Below are positions 1-12,271 of a DNA stretch of 61,032 nucleotides, piece by piece. The translations under genes and the position numbers were made by a program. Location: assembly GCA_963803975.1 (NCBI GenBank), contig CAWDOY010000035.1, forward strand, positions 1 through 61,032, written 5' to 3'. The notes under the pieces were generated by a model that ran no database searches, was not told the DNA's origin, and saw nothing but the letters and a program-made list of their open reading frames with translations. The stretch's first letter is position 1. Each line of letters begins with the position of its first letter. This stretch comes from an uncultured delta proteobacterium. GTDB lineage: Bacteria > Desulfobacterota > WTBG01 > CAIYCZ01.

Positions 1-268
1 ACTGCGCGTCGTGGATATCACCTGCGGGTTTAAATGCTACACCCGTGAGAGCGCCCGCAAAATTTTTCCTCTCCAGACGCTCAATAACTGGAGCTTTGAC
101 GCAGAGGATATTTTCATAGCCAGAAAACATGGCTATGAAATTATGGGGATCCCCGTGCACTGGCAGCATGTTGGAGGGTCGAAAGTAAAAGTCTTCAAGA
201 ATGTTGTGGTGTGCGCGCTCGACCTGCTGCGGATACGGATGAAGGACAGCAGGGGACTCTATGCTTGA
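1..268 (+). CDS. Glycosyltransferase family 2 (dolichyl-phosphate beta-glucosyltransferase-like), C-terminal part, truncated by window start
   Basis: DITCGFKCY...WSFDAE...IPVHW...GSKV motifs typical of the DPG/DPM synthase-like GT2 C-terminus. Confidence 0.8.
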   Translation, partial: LRVVDITCGFKCYTRESARKIFPLQTLNNWSFDAEDIFIARKHGYEIMGIPVHWQHVGGSKVKVFKNVVVCALDLLRIRMKDSRGLYA

Positions 269-293
269 CATAATACAAGTCAGTCTTCCATGA

Positions 294-2133
294 ATGAGCA
301 GGATAACCGCTTCCCGGCCACTCTTTGTTGTGGCTACTGTTTTACTGATGACCGTGCATGCTTTTTTAATGAATGGCCATCGCCATGTCTCTCAAACCCT
401 GAACGTTGGCAATTACGTCACCCCGATTCTTGCAAAAGCAGACCCTTCCCTGTTTAAAAATTCCCAGTATGTCCAGGCGGTCAATCATTCCAATGTGCGG
501 CTTACCCTCTTCAATGATATCAGCCCTTTTATCGTGCAGTATTTTGACCTTGAAAATTTTACCATAGCCGTTGAGATCTTAAGCCTTGGGCTTATCCTTG
601 CCGGCCTGTTCCAACTCACCCGGGTACTGGGCGGAAGTACCTTTGCCGGATTGGTGGCAATGCTTCTCTATACCGCGGAGACGAATAACTGGATACTTGG
701 TTCACCTGCCTCCTATGCAAACTTTTTTCACCATGGCCTGCCCTATTCGTATCCGCTCATTATCTGGTCCATGGTCTTCTTTTTTCAGCAGAGATATACC
801 ATCGCATTCCTGCTGGCAGGCATCTCCTGGAGCTTCCATCCCATGTGCACCGTATTTCTTCTTGCCGCCTACGGCATGTACTGGCTTTTCAACTGGAAAG
901 CATTCAAGCCGCGCACCCTCCTGTCCTGCTTTCTTGCTTTTACTGTTCCTGCCATGCCCATACTGGTGAAGGCGCTGAACAATATAGGCACGGGCCAGCT
1001 GCCGGATGCCACCTGGATGAAAGTAGTTATCTGGACTGCATGGTACACGTGCTTTCCTTCTGTCTGGCCGCTTTTCTGGCTGGTGCAGGCCAGCCTTTTC
1101 TTTCTGTTATTTCTTTTGAGCCTCCTGTGCTTACCGGCTGGCCGCGCAAAAAACGGCATAAAGATTTTTACGTTAACGTTTGCGCTTATGTGCCTTGCCG
1201 GAACAGTATTTGCCGATTATTATCCTGTACCTTTTATAATCAAATTAAGCCTGTGGCGCAGCACCCTTATCTTTCTCTTTATGGCTCTGCCCTGCATTGC
1301 CTGCTCTTTTGCTGCAATTTTTAATCATACTGTCAGCCGGCGCTTTCTGGTGATCATTACCATAGTGCTGTTAACCGGATATCTTAAATATTTTTCAAAG
1401 ATGTATCTTCCGCTGCTGCTCATTTTTCTCCTCTATGCGCAGTATGAAGATACCCTGGCAAAACGATTTCCCGTTTTGCGCAATAGATTCGGGTTGCTGC
1501 TGTTCAGCGCTCTTGCAATCCTGGTCAGCATCCTTTCGTTCCGTACAGCGTTTTCCCTCGCTACCCTGTACCTGCCGGTCTTCTTATTGTTTACCATCAT
1601 ATTCCTTTGGGCAGTAAAAGTGCTGGAGGGCTCACCGCGTTTTGCGGCATTTGCGCGACAGCCGTGGGCCGTGGTGCTCGTTTTTTTTCTCCTGTTTGAC
1701 GCAGCAGTGCTCTACGGCAAATGGTGGCCCGCAAATTTATTACCACGGCCGCATGCAGGGAAAGATTGATCCATGGGCCGACATCCAGCAGGTTGCGAAA
1801 AATGTTTCTGACAAGGATGATCTGTTCATCATCCCTCCCGCCTGGAATGACTTCGGCCTCTATTCGCACCGCGCCTCCCTGGGTGACTGGGCTGAAGGAA
1901 GCCATGCACTTTACCTTGGCAGTGTCTTTGCCGCTGAGTGGCTGGCGCGGATGAATGCTATCGGCTGGACAGGGCTTCATGGTGAGGAGGGCTATAATAA
2001 GCTCTCAACTGCGCAGGCGATCAGGGCAGCAAAAAAATACCAGGCAAAATTTATCATCACCAGAAAACCGCATACCCTGCATCTCAATAAAATCTACGAG
2101 AACAAAAATTTTATCCTCTATAAGGTGTCGTAG
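294..2133 (+). CDS. Polytopic membrane protein (DUF6798-like, possible GT-C-type enzyme), one frameshift near 1720
   Basis: ORFs 294..1769 and 1642..2133 join to match the paralog at 7621..9554 (ADPSLFKNS, WSFHPM, GGPQIYYHGRMQGKIDPWADIQ, LGDWAEG). Confidence 0.7.
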
Positions 2134-2213
2134 AGAAAACCTGATTGCCCCGGCATCTTCTTCTCTGTCGCCTGATGCGGCGCGCGGCAGCGCCCGTGAC
2201 AGGGCTTTTAGGC

Positions 2214-2241
2214 TTGACACCCCGAGGGCTTTTCCCTATAC
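2214..2241 (+). promoter_or_regulatory. sigma70-type promoter upstream of the rfbF-like operon
   Basis: TTGACA-16 nt-TATACT. Confidence 0.6.
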
Positions 2242-2358
2242 TTCCGCCAGGTACCCAGCACTCTCTACCCATATATTAAAAGCAGAAAAATCAAGTTTTT
2301 CGACCTTCAGTCCGAAGCGTATGAGTAAAAGGGCATTGCAATCTCTGGATACTAATCA

Positions 2359-3144
2359 ATGAAAGTTGGAATTTTAGCCGGTGGCCGCGGAACACGTTTG
2401 ATGAGCGGCGGAGAAGCACCGCCCAAGGCTCTTTACGAAATTGGCGGTATGCCGATCGTCTGGCATATCATGCAGATGTATGCTGCTGCCGGTTTCACGG
2501 AATTTGTGATGCTGCTGGGTTACAAGGCTCAGCAGATCGTTGATTATTTTGTCCACCGGTTGCCTTTTGAGGGTCGTGATGTATCCCTCACCCTCGGTGA
2601 TTCGATAACGCGTCAATTTCTCACCCCTGGATATCAATCCCCCTGGCAGGTCATATTGTGTCATACCGGGCTCACCGCCGAGAAGGGTGAGCGCATCAGA
2701 CGCATGCGTGCATATGTGGAAGATGATGAGAATTTCATGGTAACCTACGGCGATGGCGTTGCCGATATAGACCTTCAGAAGCTGGTTGAATTTCACCGTT
2801 CCCACGGTAAAATCGCAACATTGACCGCGGCACGGTCCCTGTCTCAGTTCGGCCATGTGGATATAACCGGCAGCGGACAGGTAACGGAAATGCGCGAGAA
2901 CCCGATGCTGCCTGACTGGATAAATGGCGGCTTCTTTGTGTTCCGCCGGGAAATTTTCGACTGGCTGGAAAAAGACGATCCCCTGGAGACCGGTTGCTTC
3001 CGCCGGCTGGCCGCAGCCGGTGAGCTGATGGCCTATCGTCACGAAGGCTTCTGGACCTGTATGGATACCTATAAGGATAACCTGCGGCTCAATGAGATGT
3101 GGGAGCGTAACAATGCCCCGTGGGCGGTCTGGAGGAATGATTGA
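2359..3144 (+). CDS. rfbF: Glucose-1-phosphate cytidylyltransferase-like nucleotidyltransferase
   Basis: ILAGGRGTRL, PKALYEIGGMPIVWHIM, TYGDGVADIDL, INGGFFV, HEGFWTCMDT motifs. Confidence 0.85.
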   Translation: MKVGILAGGRGTRLMSGGEAPPKALYEIGGMPIVWHIMQMYAAAGFTEFVMLLGYKAQQIVDYFVHRLPFEGRDVSLTLGDSITRQFLTPGYQSPWQVILCHTGLTAEKGERIRRMRAYVEDDENFMVTYGDGVADIDLQKLVEFHRSHGKIATLTAARSLSQFGHVDITGSGQVTEMRENPMLPDWINGGFFVFRREIFDWLEKDDPLETGCFRRLAAAGELMAYRHEGFWTCMDTYKDNLRLNEMWERNNAPWAVWRND

Positions 3145-4124
3145 TGGAACACTGGCAGGGTCGGCGCGTCCTGGTTACCGGAGCCTACGGGTTTCTGGCT
3201 TCACATATGATTGAAGAACTGCTGTCCCGGGGGGCGATAGTGACCGGCATTGTCCGGGACCATCCGGCGGAGAGTTATTTACAGCTCTCTGGTCTTGACA
3301 AAAAAATAAGACTCGCCGCCGGTGATATCACGGATATTGAATTCTGCCGGCGCGTCATAAATGAGCAGCAGGTTCAGAATGTTTTTCATCTCGCGGCCCA
3401 GGCAATCGTAGGACTTGCCAACCGCTCTCCCCTGAGCACCTTAGAAGCAAATATTCGCGGAACCTACATGCTGCTTGAAGCCTGCCGCGAGCTGGCGGCA
3501 GACCGCTGTCCGCTTGAGGCAATCGTGGTGGCGCCTCAAGTGACAAGGCCTATGGTGATCAGGATGAGCTTCCCTACACCGAGAACATGCCGCTTCTGGG
3601 GCAGCACCCCTATGACGCCTCCAAAGCATGTGCGGACATCATCACCCGCTCCTTTGCTGCCGCCTTCGGGCTGCCGACAGCAGTGACCCGCTGCGCCAAC
3701 CTCTACGGCCCGGGAGATCTCAACTTTTCCCGCATCATCCCGGATACGTTTCGCGCGCTCATTGAAGGACGCCGCCCGGTCATCCGCAGTGACGGCACAC
3801 CGAAGCGCGATTACCTGTTTGTCAAAGACGGGGTTGACGGATACCTCGCTCTTGCTGAAGCGGTCAGCGCAGGACGCTGCCGGGGCCAGGCATTCAATCT
3901 CGGCACCGGGAAGCCGGTGACCGTACATGAACTGGTGAAACGCATGATTCAAGGTGGCCGGTGCGCGTCTTGAGCCGGAAATTCTCAGTGCAGCTGCAGG
4001 AGAAATAAAAGATCAGTACCTCAACTCCCTGCTGGCCGAAAAGATTCTTGGCTGGCGGGCTCGCACTCCTCTTGAGGAGGGGCTTACCATAAGCCTAACG
4101 TGGTATAAAAACTACCTGTCTTAA
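3144..4124 (+). CDS. NDP-sugar 4,6-dehydratase (CDP-glucose 4,6-dehydratase-like SDR), frameshifts near 3535 and 3955
   Basis: VLVTGAYGFLA, FHLAAQ, PYDASK, RCANLYGPGDLN; three reading-frame pieces match the paralog at 11285..12271. Confidence 0.8.
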
Positions 4125-4126
4125 TC

Positions 4127-4841
4127 ATGTCTGAGCCGCAACTCACCATCATCATGCCTGTGTATAATGAGCGCTCCTTTGTTCTGGAGATACTGCGCCG
4201 CGTCCGGGAGCTGCCCATTGACAAGGAAATAATCATTGTTGACAACTGCTCAACCGACGGGACGCGCGAACTCATTCAGAATATTGCCCATAGCGATGTC
4301 CGCATAATACTTCAGCAGCGCAACATGATGAAGGGCAACTCCGTGAAGCGCGGCATGGCGCTGGCCCGCGGTCAATACGTGGTGGTGCAGGATGGGGACC
4401 TGGAATATGATCCCAATGATCTGGTGAAAATGCTTGCGGTGATGCAGCAGGAGGATGTGCTGGCTGTTTTTGGCTCGCGCATTCTCGGAGCGCAGGTCTC
4501 AGGCAATCCCCTGCCCCGGTCTATACACCGCGTTGGCGCGGGTTTTATCAACTGGGTCTTTCATCTGTTATTTCAGAGCGCTTTGTCTGATGTTGCCTCA
4601 TGCTATAAAATGGCGGGCAGGCAGACCCTGCAGTCCCTGCACCTGCGCTGCGACGGGTTTGATCTGGACTATGAAGTAGCCGCCAAGCTGCAGCTTCTGT
4701 CGCGCCGGCTGCGAGCATAAAATTGTTGAAGTGCCCATCAACTACACTCCCCGGACCGTAGCGGAAGGCAAGAAAATCCACTGGAAAGACGGGCTGCACG
4801 CGCTCGCCACGCTCTGGCGCTGCCGCTGGAGCACACCATAA
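4127..4841 (+). CDS. Glycosyltransferase family 2 (DPM1-like), frameshift near 4715
   Basis: IIMPVYNE, IIIVDNCSTDGT, VQDGDLEYDP; after the frameshift EVPINYTPRTVAEGKKIHWKDG, TAA at 4841. Confidence 0.85.
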
Positions 4842-5025
4842 TCGACTGCTCAAGAGAACGGCTCTTCATCTTTTATCCTCATCCCGACTACCTACAGCGG
4901 CCCGATCTCATCAATTTCATTTTTTACGGGGGTGGTTTACGGCCTCTCTATATTCTGGCTTATCCTCAAATTTAAACTGCACCAATGGAATATTATTCAG
5001 CAGAAGCAGTTTATATAGTGGATTT

Positions 5026-6440
5026 TCAGGAAAGGACATTCATGGCCTGGCGATAAAATATTTTTAACATCGCTGGCGCATTACGTGGATCGCTGAGAAC
5101 GTACCGAAGCAACGTTAACCAATAGACCGGCCGTGAATAGTAAAGAAGATACGCCCTGACCAACTCTCTTCTCAATCGTTTTGGAGATACTTCACACATA
5201 CTGAAGTCAGTATTGAGGCGATCAAACGTGTCAAATCCTTCCAAATTCAACTGATCTTTCAGTGATTCAAAGAGACGGTGTCCCAGGATCCGGTGTTGCG
5301 ATATTAAATGATGCAAAATTTGGATTAAGCTTCCGCGCCAGTCGTGATGTTTCCCGTATGCTTTTCAAAGTATCCCCTGGGTTACCGAACATGAAAAAAA
5401 GAGACATCCTGATTCCTAACGCTTTAGTAATTCTTACGGCAAACTCCATTTGTTCAAAATTTATTTTCTTTTTAGTTTTTGCCAAAACTGCTGGCGAGGC
5501 TGATTCAATTCCATAAATAATTTCTTTGCACCCCGCCTCTTTCATTGCATGCAGCATCGGTTCAGTAACGGTATCTACCCTGCCCAGGCAGATCCATTTA
5601 ATCCCCAGTTTCTTTTCCTGCAAAAGCCTGCATAAGTGAATAATCCGCTCTTCTCCTATAGTAAAGGTGTCATCAATAAAAAAAATGTGATCAATTCCAT
5701 ACGTTTTGACAATCTCCTCCACTTCCTGGACTACATTTTCCGGAGACCTCACGTTTCTGCTGCGCTTATAAAAAAGGTGTGTTGCGCAAAACGTGCACGC
5801 AAATGGACACCCGCGCGAGGTGAGAACCATGGCGATCGGTTTGTTCGGAAATGATACGATGTGGTATTTAGAGTTATCAACCAGATCTCTGGCGGGAAAA
5901 GGCAGGGCATCCAGGTTTTTTATCAAAGGGCGGTCAGGATTTTTCACAACGCTGCCGTTTTTTCTATAACTGACCCCCAAAACAGATTCAAGGTTGTCTA
6001 AATGCTGGACGGTCTCAAGAACCGTGTATTCCGGTTCGCCTCTAATGATAATATCACAGTAGCCCTGCTGCAGAATATAATCAGACAGCGCGGTAGCGTG
6101 AGTGCCCATAAAAATTCTGTACTTTACCCTGCAGGCAAGAAAAAAAACGGTAGCTCCCCTGCGCATTACTGGCGGCGAGGGGTATAAGTACTACATCAAA
6201 ATTCTGTGCAAAATTCAATGCCTCCTTAAAAGTATATCCCTGTGGAACAGGATCCAAAATGCTCACTGCTATGTCGTGTTTTCGCAGTAATGCCGCAACA
6301 TAGGTCATGCCGAGCGGTGGAAACATCCCTATTTTTGTTTTACCTCCCGTGTGACGGGATATAACCGGGTCAACATCTACTACGTACTTTTGACCCTCTT
6401 CAATAGGATTCATTAAAAGGACTTTAGGGTACTGCTCCAA
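5026..6440 (-). CDS. B12-binding-domain radical SAM protein (class B methyltransferase-like), frameshifts near 6150 and 5275
   Basis: PPLGMTYVAA B12-binding N-terminus; SRGCPFACTFC; FIDDTFT; GIESAS; ATPDPGTP. Confidence 0.85.
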
Positions 6441-6474
6441 GATATCTCCTGCCGGTTAATGCATAATGAGCTCC

Positions 6475-7488
6475 CTACAGGTAGAGCTTAATTTTTTTGC
6501 CACTCTGTGCGGATTCTTTCGCTGCCAGGGCAATTTCCAGGCTGATTTTCCCATCTTCGCTTGTTGCAAGGGGAGTGTTCCCAGTTCTAATACAGGATAT
6601 AAAATGCTCCACTTCCTTTTGAAAAGGGTTGTAAAGAAGCCAGTAGGGAATAATAAAGCAGTACTTAATAAACTTCATGACCAGCATGCCCAGAGAATAG
6701 TCTCCGTATTTCTCCATAATGACTTTGCCACGCTCGATCGTGAGAGCCATTTTATCGCCGACGACGCCAATGTCTCTTTTCAGGAAGGGGAAGCAGTACG
6801 AGGCTCCTACCACGCCAATTGCTCCATTCTCAAATTTTAGCATGATCCACACATTGTCATCTATGCCGGGATACAAAGAATTCTCGGTGAGCTCTGCAGA
6901 AACCTGAACCACCCGCGAGTTTATAATCCACCGCAGCCAATCTATCCCATGGATAGCGAGCTCAGTGGTAACACCAGCGCTTTTATCAGGTTCTGCATAC
7001 CATTTCTGCGAAGGCATATTGATCCCCCTGCGATACCATGCAGCCTTGATTGCTCCCAGCTGCCCCTGATCTACGACCTCCTTCATATAAGAGAATTCCT
7101 TATAGAACCTCTGCGAAAACCCTATCATGAGAATCTTGTTGGCTGCTCTTTCCGCCTCAATCATCTGCCGGGCTTCCTCCAGGGTGAGCGCCATCGGTTT
7201 TTCACACAGCACATGACATCCGGCCTGAAGGCAGTCAATGGTAATCTGGCAGTGGGTATGCGTTGGCGTGGTAATGTTTACCGCGTCCAGCTTCTCCGCA
7301 TTGAGCATTTCCCGATAATTGGTGTACCCATGCGGAATATTGAATGACTCCTTTAATTTTTCTATATTGGCTTTGGTTTTGCCGGCGATGGCCGTTACTT
7401 CCACGTCCTTATTATTTTTGTAGCCCTTAAGATGCCAGTATGCCATCCTTCCCGCGCCAATTATCCCGACACGAATCTTTTCTTTCAT
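6475..7488 (-). CDS. Gfo/Idh/MocA family oxidoreductase
   Basis: RVGIIGAG, HVLCEKPMA, IGFSQRF, IHGIDW motifs. Confidence 0.9.
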   Translation of the reverse strand: MKEKIRVGIIGAGRMAYWHLKGYKNNKDVEVTAIAGKTKANIEKLKESFNIPHGYTNYREMLNAEKLDAVNITTPTHTHCQITIDCLQAGCHVLCEKPMALTLEEARQMIEAERAANKILMIGFSQRFYKEFSYMKEVVDQGQLGAIKAAWYRRGINMPSQKWYAEPDKSAGVTTELAIHGIDWLRWIINSRVVQVSAELTENSLYPGIDDNVWIMLKFENGAIGVVGASYCFPFLKRDIGVVGDKMALTIERGKVIMEKYGDYSLGMLVMKFIKYCFIIPYWLLYNPFQKEVEHFISCIRTGNTPLATSEDGKISLEIALAAKESAQSGKKIKLYL

Positions 7489-7620
7489 TGCAGCGGCTTT
7501 CCTCTTGAACTCCCCTGTTTCATGGTCTATACCTGCCACGACGGTATCAGTGCTGCTCTCTTGCTGCAGGGCAAGAGAAACTATTTGATTTTGATATAAC
7601 CTATCATAAAGTTAAACCCA

Positions 7621-9554
7621 ATGAGCAAAAAAAACGACTTCCTGCCGAAATATTTTATATGTATTTTAGTGCTCGTAACCTGCCATGCCTTTTTGATGAA
7701 CGGGTATTACCTTGTGCACAAGCAGCTCAACGTCGGCACCTACCTTGACCCCATCAAAGCAAAAGCAGACCCCACGCTGTTTAAAAATTCAATCTATGTC
7801 CAGGCAGTCAATCGGACCAATGGTCAGGCTTTCAGCTTTCTATAATCTCAATATCTTGATTATGAAATATTTCGATTTTGAGACAGTTTGCCATCATAAT
7901 GGCGATAGTGAGCCTGTTTTTTTGCCTTGCAGGGCTTTTTGCCCTGACCCGGGTGCTGTTTCACAGCACTGTTGCCGGGTATGTAGCTATGCTGCTCTAT
8001 AGCGCCGCACTGAACAACTGGACGCTGGGATCTCCGGCCCCCTATCTGAACTTTTTTCATCACGCCATGCTGTATGCCTACCCGCTTATTATCTGGTCCA
8101 TGGTTTTCTTTTTTCAGAAACGCTACGTCCCGGCTCTGTTCCTGGCCGGCCTGGCCTGGAACTTTCATCCCATGAACACCCTGTTTATCCTGTGGGCCTA
8201 TTTTTTAACCGTGGTATTCAACTATAACAAGTTCAGTGCTGCAACCATCAGATCCTGCTGCATTGCCTTCATAGTGCCGGCCCTGCCGACCTTCATTACG
8301 AGTTTCAGCTACCTGCAGGCAACGCAGCAGGTCGATTCCCCGGTCTGGATCTCCACGGTGTTATGGACCGCATGGTATACCTGTTTCCCCTCAACGTGGC
8401 CCGTAATCTCCCTGGTCCAGGCAAGCCTGTTCTTTGCGCTGTTTATAATCGCCGTCTACACGATACCTGATGGTGAGCGTAAAAGAGAACTGCTTATTTT
8501 CACCTGTTCGGTACTGATCCTGTGTTTAGCGGGGACAATTTTTGCAGATATATATCCTGTCCCGTTCATCCTAAAATTGAGTTTATGGCGCAGCACGCTG
8601 ATCTACCTGCTGATCGCGCTCCCGTGCATTGCCTATCTTCTCACTTCGATTTTCAAGCACTCGGTTCCGCGCCGGTTTCTGGTCATTGCGCTGATAGTGC
8701 TGTTAACCGGGTATATCAGGTGTTTCCCTCTGTACTACCTCCCGCTGTTCATGTGCGGCGTGCTGTTCTTTATCTATGAAGATTGGCTGGCACAGCGTTT
8801 GCCACGTATTGCCCGTATGGGTATCCCGCTTTTTTTTACCGTGCTTGCGCTCCTGGTCAGCTATCATCTGCTCACCGGCGAACGGGGTCTGCGGCTGCTC
8901 ATGTTTTTTCTGAGCACCGCCGTCTTTTTCACTATTACGGCCATGCTTGAAAAACGCTTTTCTTTCAACGCTGCGGCATGGACATTGTGGATACTGCTTT
9001 TTGTTGTTCTGTTTGATGCGGGGAGCCTGTATTACAGGGGAGGGCCTGAAATTTATTATCATGGACGATTTCAGGGCAAACGTGACCCGTGGGCTGATAT
9101 ACAAATGTTTGCGCAAACACACTCTGCCAAAGACGACCTGTTCATTGTTCCCACCTACATGAACGACTTTGGTGTCTACTCGCTGAGAGCAACGCTTGGC
9201 GACTGGGCTGAAGGAGCAAACGCGATCTATCTTGACAACCAGTTTACCCGCGAGTGGCTCACGCGCATGAAGGAACTGGGCTGGAAAACTTTTTGTTTTG
9301 ATTCCAATGCCGAGGGGTACTATCATTTAAAAACCGACGAGGTAGTGAAAACAGCGAAAAAATACGGGGTAAAATTTATAATAACAGAAAAGCCGAAAAC
9401 ATTTGCGCTGCCCAAAATCTACGAGAACGAACAATTTATTCTTTATAGTGCCCCACACTATAGCGCTGCGGGAGCACATGAAAACGGAAATACCATGCTG
9501 AAGAGTCTTTACGAGTATCGTGTAACTGATACAACATGCCGGGGGGATTCATGA
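7621..9554 (+). CDS. Polytopic membrane protein (DUF6798-like), paralog of 294..2133; frameshifts near 7820-7885
   Basis: Pieces 7621..7845, 7712..8002 and 7878..9554 align along their length with the first paralog. Confidence 0.7.
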
Positions 9555-10496
9555 ACTGGAAAAACAGACAGGTTTTAGTAACCGGAGCTGCCGGTTTTAT
9601 AGGCTCTCACCTGACCAGGCGATTAGTGCGGGAAGGCGCCCGCGTTCACATTCTGGTAAGGAAAAAAGATGCTGCATGGAGAATCGCAGACCTTATAGAG
9701 CAGGTGACCCTGTGGGAAGCAGATCTGACCGACTTCTGCCTCTTTGCAACAGAGATTATCCGGCTTCCCGGTACAGGTAATTTTTCACCTGGCAGGCCAT
9801 GTGAATGTAACGCGGTCCTGGGACCCTGTTGAGCCGCTGATTAAAAATAATATTATCGGCACGGTTAATCTCTTAATGGCATTGAAGGACGCGGGATTTG
9901 AATCATTCCTCTATCCCGGGACTTCTGAAGAGTACGGCAATACGGCGCCCCCCCTCTGCGAAACAGAGCGTGAATCCCCCATATCGCCATACTCATTTTC
10001 AAAGCTGTCGGCAAGTGCCTTCTGCCAGATGGCGGCAAAAACATTTGATCTTCCCATAACCGTCCTGCGCCTGTTTCCCACTTATGGCCCGGCGCAGGAT
10101 GGCTCGATGCTAATTCCCGCTGCAATCCGGGAATTTCTCGCCGGCAGAGAGTTTCGCATGACGCATGGTGAGCAGCGCCGGGATTTTATTTATGTGGATG
10201 ATGTGGTTGAAGCTTTTCTGCGGGTTGCTGCGTGCAATAAAGTGCGCGGCGAGGTGTTCAATGTGGGAACGGGCGTTCCCCGCAAGGTAGGAGATGTTAT
10301 AGATATTATAACAAAACATATGGGAACAGAATGCAAGGTCCTGCGGGGAGCTATTCCCTGCAGAAAGGGTGAGGGGGATGAATGCTACAGCAACAATCAG
10401 AAGCTCCTCGATGTCATTGGCTGGGCACCAAAAGTATCCCTGGAAGAGGGTTTGCCGGTAACCGTAGCGTGGTATAAAAAACACTACGCACAATAG
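9551..10496 (+). CDS. NAD-dependent epimerase/dehydratase, frameshift near 9740
   Basis: [35 protein letters not shown]. Confidence 0.85.
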
Positions 10497-10557
10497 GATG
10501 CCGCCTGCTGCTTCAGTGCTTCTGAGCGTTCAAAAATAACGGCTTTTCTTCCTGCAA

Positions 10558-11288
10558 GAGTTCCGGCCAAAACCCATGGTGGAGATAGGCTCATCAGCCG
10601 ATCCTGTGGCACATCATGAAGATTTACTCGTCCTATGGCTATCATAATTTTATCCTCTGTCTCGGCTACAAAGGAGAAATGATTAAAGAATATTTTATGG
10701 ATTTTGAGCTGATGCACAGCGATTTCACTATAGACTTTGGACGATCATCAGGGCATAACCATTCACAGCGCTCACTATAAAGAGCCCTGGAGCGTAACGC
10801 TTAGCGGACACCGGGCTCAACACCATGACCGGAGCGCGAATTGAAAAAAATTAAGCCGTTTATAAAAACAGATAATTTTCTGCTGACATATGGAGACGGT
10901 GTTGCTAATATTAATATTGACAACCTCGATGAAGTTTCATCTGTCCCATAAAAAAATAGCGACCGTCAGCGGGGTCAGGCCGCCGTCCCGTTTTGGTGAG
11001 CTGGTTACCCGGGGAGACCAGGTAATTGAGTTCTCTGAGAAGCCGCAAATACGCGAAGGCTATATTAATGGCGGCTTTTTTGTACTCAATAAAAAAGTTT
11101 TCAATTATCTCGATAATGACGAGAACTGCGTATTTGAGAAAGAACCGCTGGAACGGCTGGCCACAGACAGGGAACTCAGGATTTTTTATCATGCCGATTA
11201 CTGGCACTGCATGGATACCATCCGTGACATGGATATCCTGGAGCAGGAATGGCAAACAACAAATCCTCGATGGAAGGTCTGGGAATGA
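10558..11288 (+). pseudogene. rfbF: Second RfbF-like cytidylyltransferase; several frameshifts and the N-terminal GGxGTR segment is missing (pseudogene or assembly error)
   Basis: EFRPKPMVEIG, PILWHIMKIY, LCLGYKGEMIKEY in shifted frames; C-terminal INGGFFV...[10 protein letters not shown]...WKVW in ORF 10890..11288. Confidence 0.7.
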
Positions 11289-12271
11289 TTACTGCAAATT
11301 TTTGGAAAAACAGGAATGTATTGGTAACCGGCTGTTCCGGATTTTTAGGGTACTGGCTGGCGAGCTATCTGGTGGAGCAGGGAGCGTGTGTGGTGGGTCT
11401 CGTGCGGGACAATGTTCCGCAATCAAGTTTTTTCCGCTTCCGCCTTAATGAAAAAATAACCGCCGTGCGCGGGGCTCTTGAAGATTACTTTCTGGTGGAG
11501 CGGACCATTAATGAATATGAGATCGATACCGTTTTTCACCTTGCGGCCCAGACTATTGTGGAAATAGCCAACCGCAGCCCGCTCTCGACCTTTGAAGCCA
11601 ATATCAAGGGAACCTGGAACGTGCTGGAGGGATGCCGGCAAAACCGCGCCCTGGTCAAGAGAATAATAATTGCCTCAAGCGACAAAGCCTACGGAACACA
11701 GGAGCAGCTTCCCTACACGGAGTTATCTCCGCTCAGGGGAACGCACCCGTACGATGTATCGAAGAGCTGCGCAGACCTCATTGCGTACACCTTTTTTAAT
11801 ACCTATGACCTTCCCGTCTGCATGACGCGCTGCGGCAACTTCTACGGCGGCGGAGATCTCAATTTTAACCGCATTGTTCCCGGAACCATCAGATCCGTCC
11901 TGCATAACGAGCCATTAATTATACGCAGCGACGGGAAACCGAAGCGGGATTATTTATATATTAAGGACGCCGTCAGTGCCTATGTCACGCTGGCAGAGAA
12001 TGCGGAGCGGCTCAACCTGTATGGAGAAGCATTCAATTTCAGCAGTGAAAATCAGCTGAGCGTGCTGGATATGACGAATAAAATTCTTACCCTGATGGAC
12101 AAAAAAGATTATCCGGTAACGATTCTCAATCAGACCAGGGGAGAAATCAGGGATCAGTATTTATCAATTGAAAAAGCGCGGCGGATATTGAACTGGTCCA
12201 CGCAGTATAACGTTGAGGATGCGCTGCGGGAAACGATCGACTGGTACCAGAACTTTTTTGGTGCTGCATGA
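11285..12271 (+). CDS. NDP-sugar 4,6-dehydratase (CDP-glucose 4,6-dehydratase-like)
   Basis: [49 protein letters not shown]. Confidence 0.88.
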   Translation: MITANFWKNRNVLVTGCSGFLGYWLASYLVEQGACVVGLVRDNVPQSSFFRFRLNEKITAVRGALEDYFLVERTINEYEIDTVFHLAAQTIVEIANRSPLSTFEANIKGTWNVLEGCRQNRALVKRIIIASSDKAYGTQEQLPYTELSPLRGTHPYDVSKSCADLIAYTFFNTYDLPVCMTRCGNFYGGGDLNFNRIVPGTIRSVLHNEPLIIRSDGKPKRDYLYIKDAVSAYVTLAENAERLNLYGEAFNFSSENQLSVLDMTNKILTLMDKKDYPVTILNQTRGEIRDQYLSIEKARRILNWSTQYNVEDALRETIDWYQNFFGAA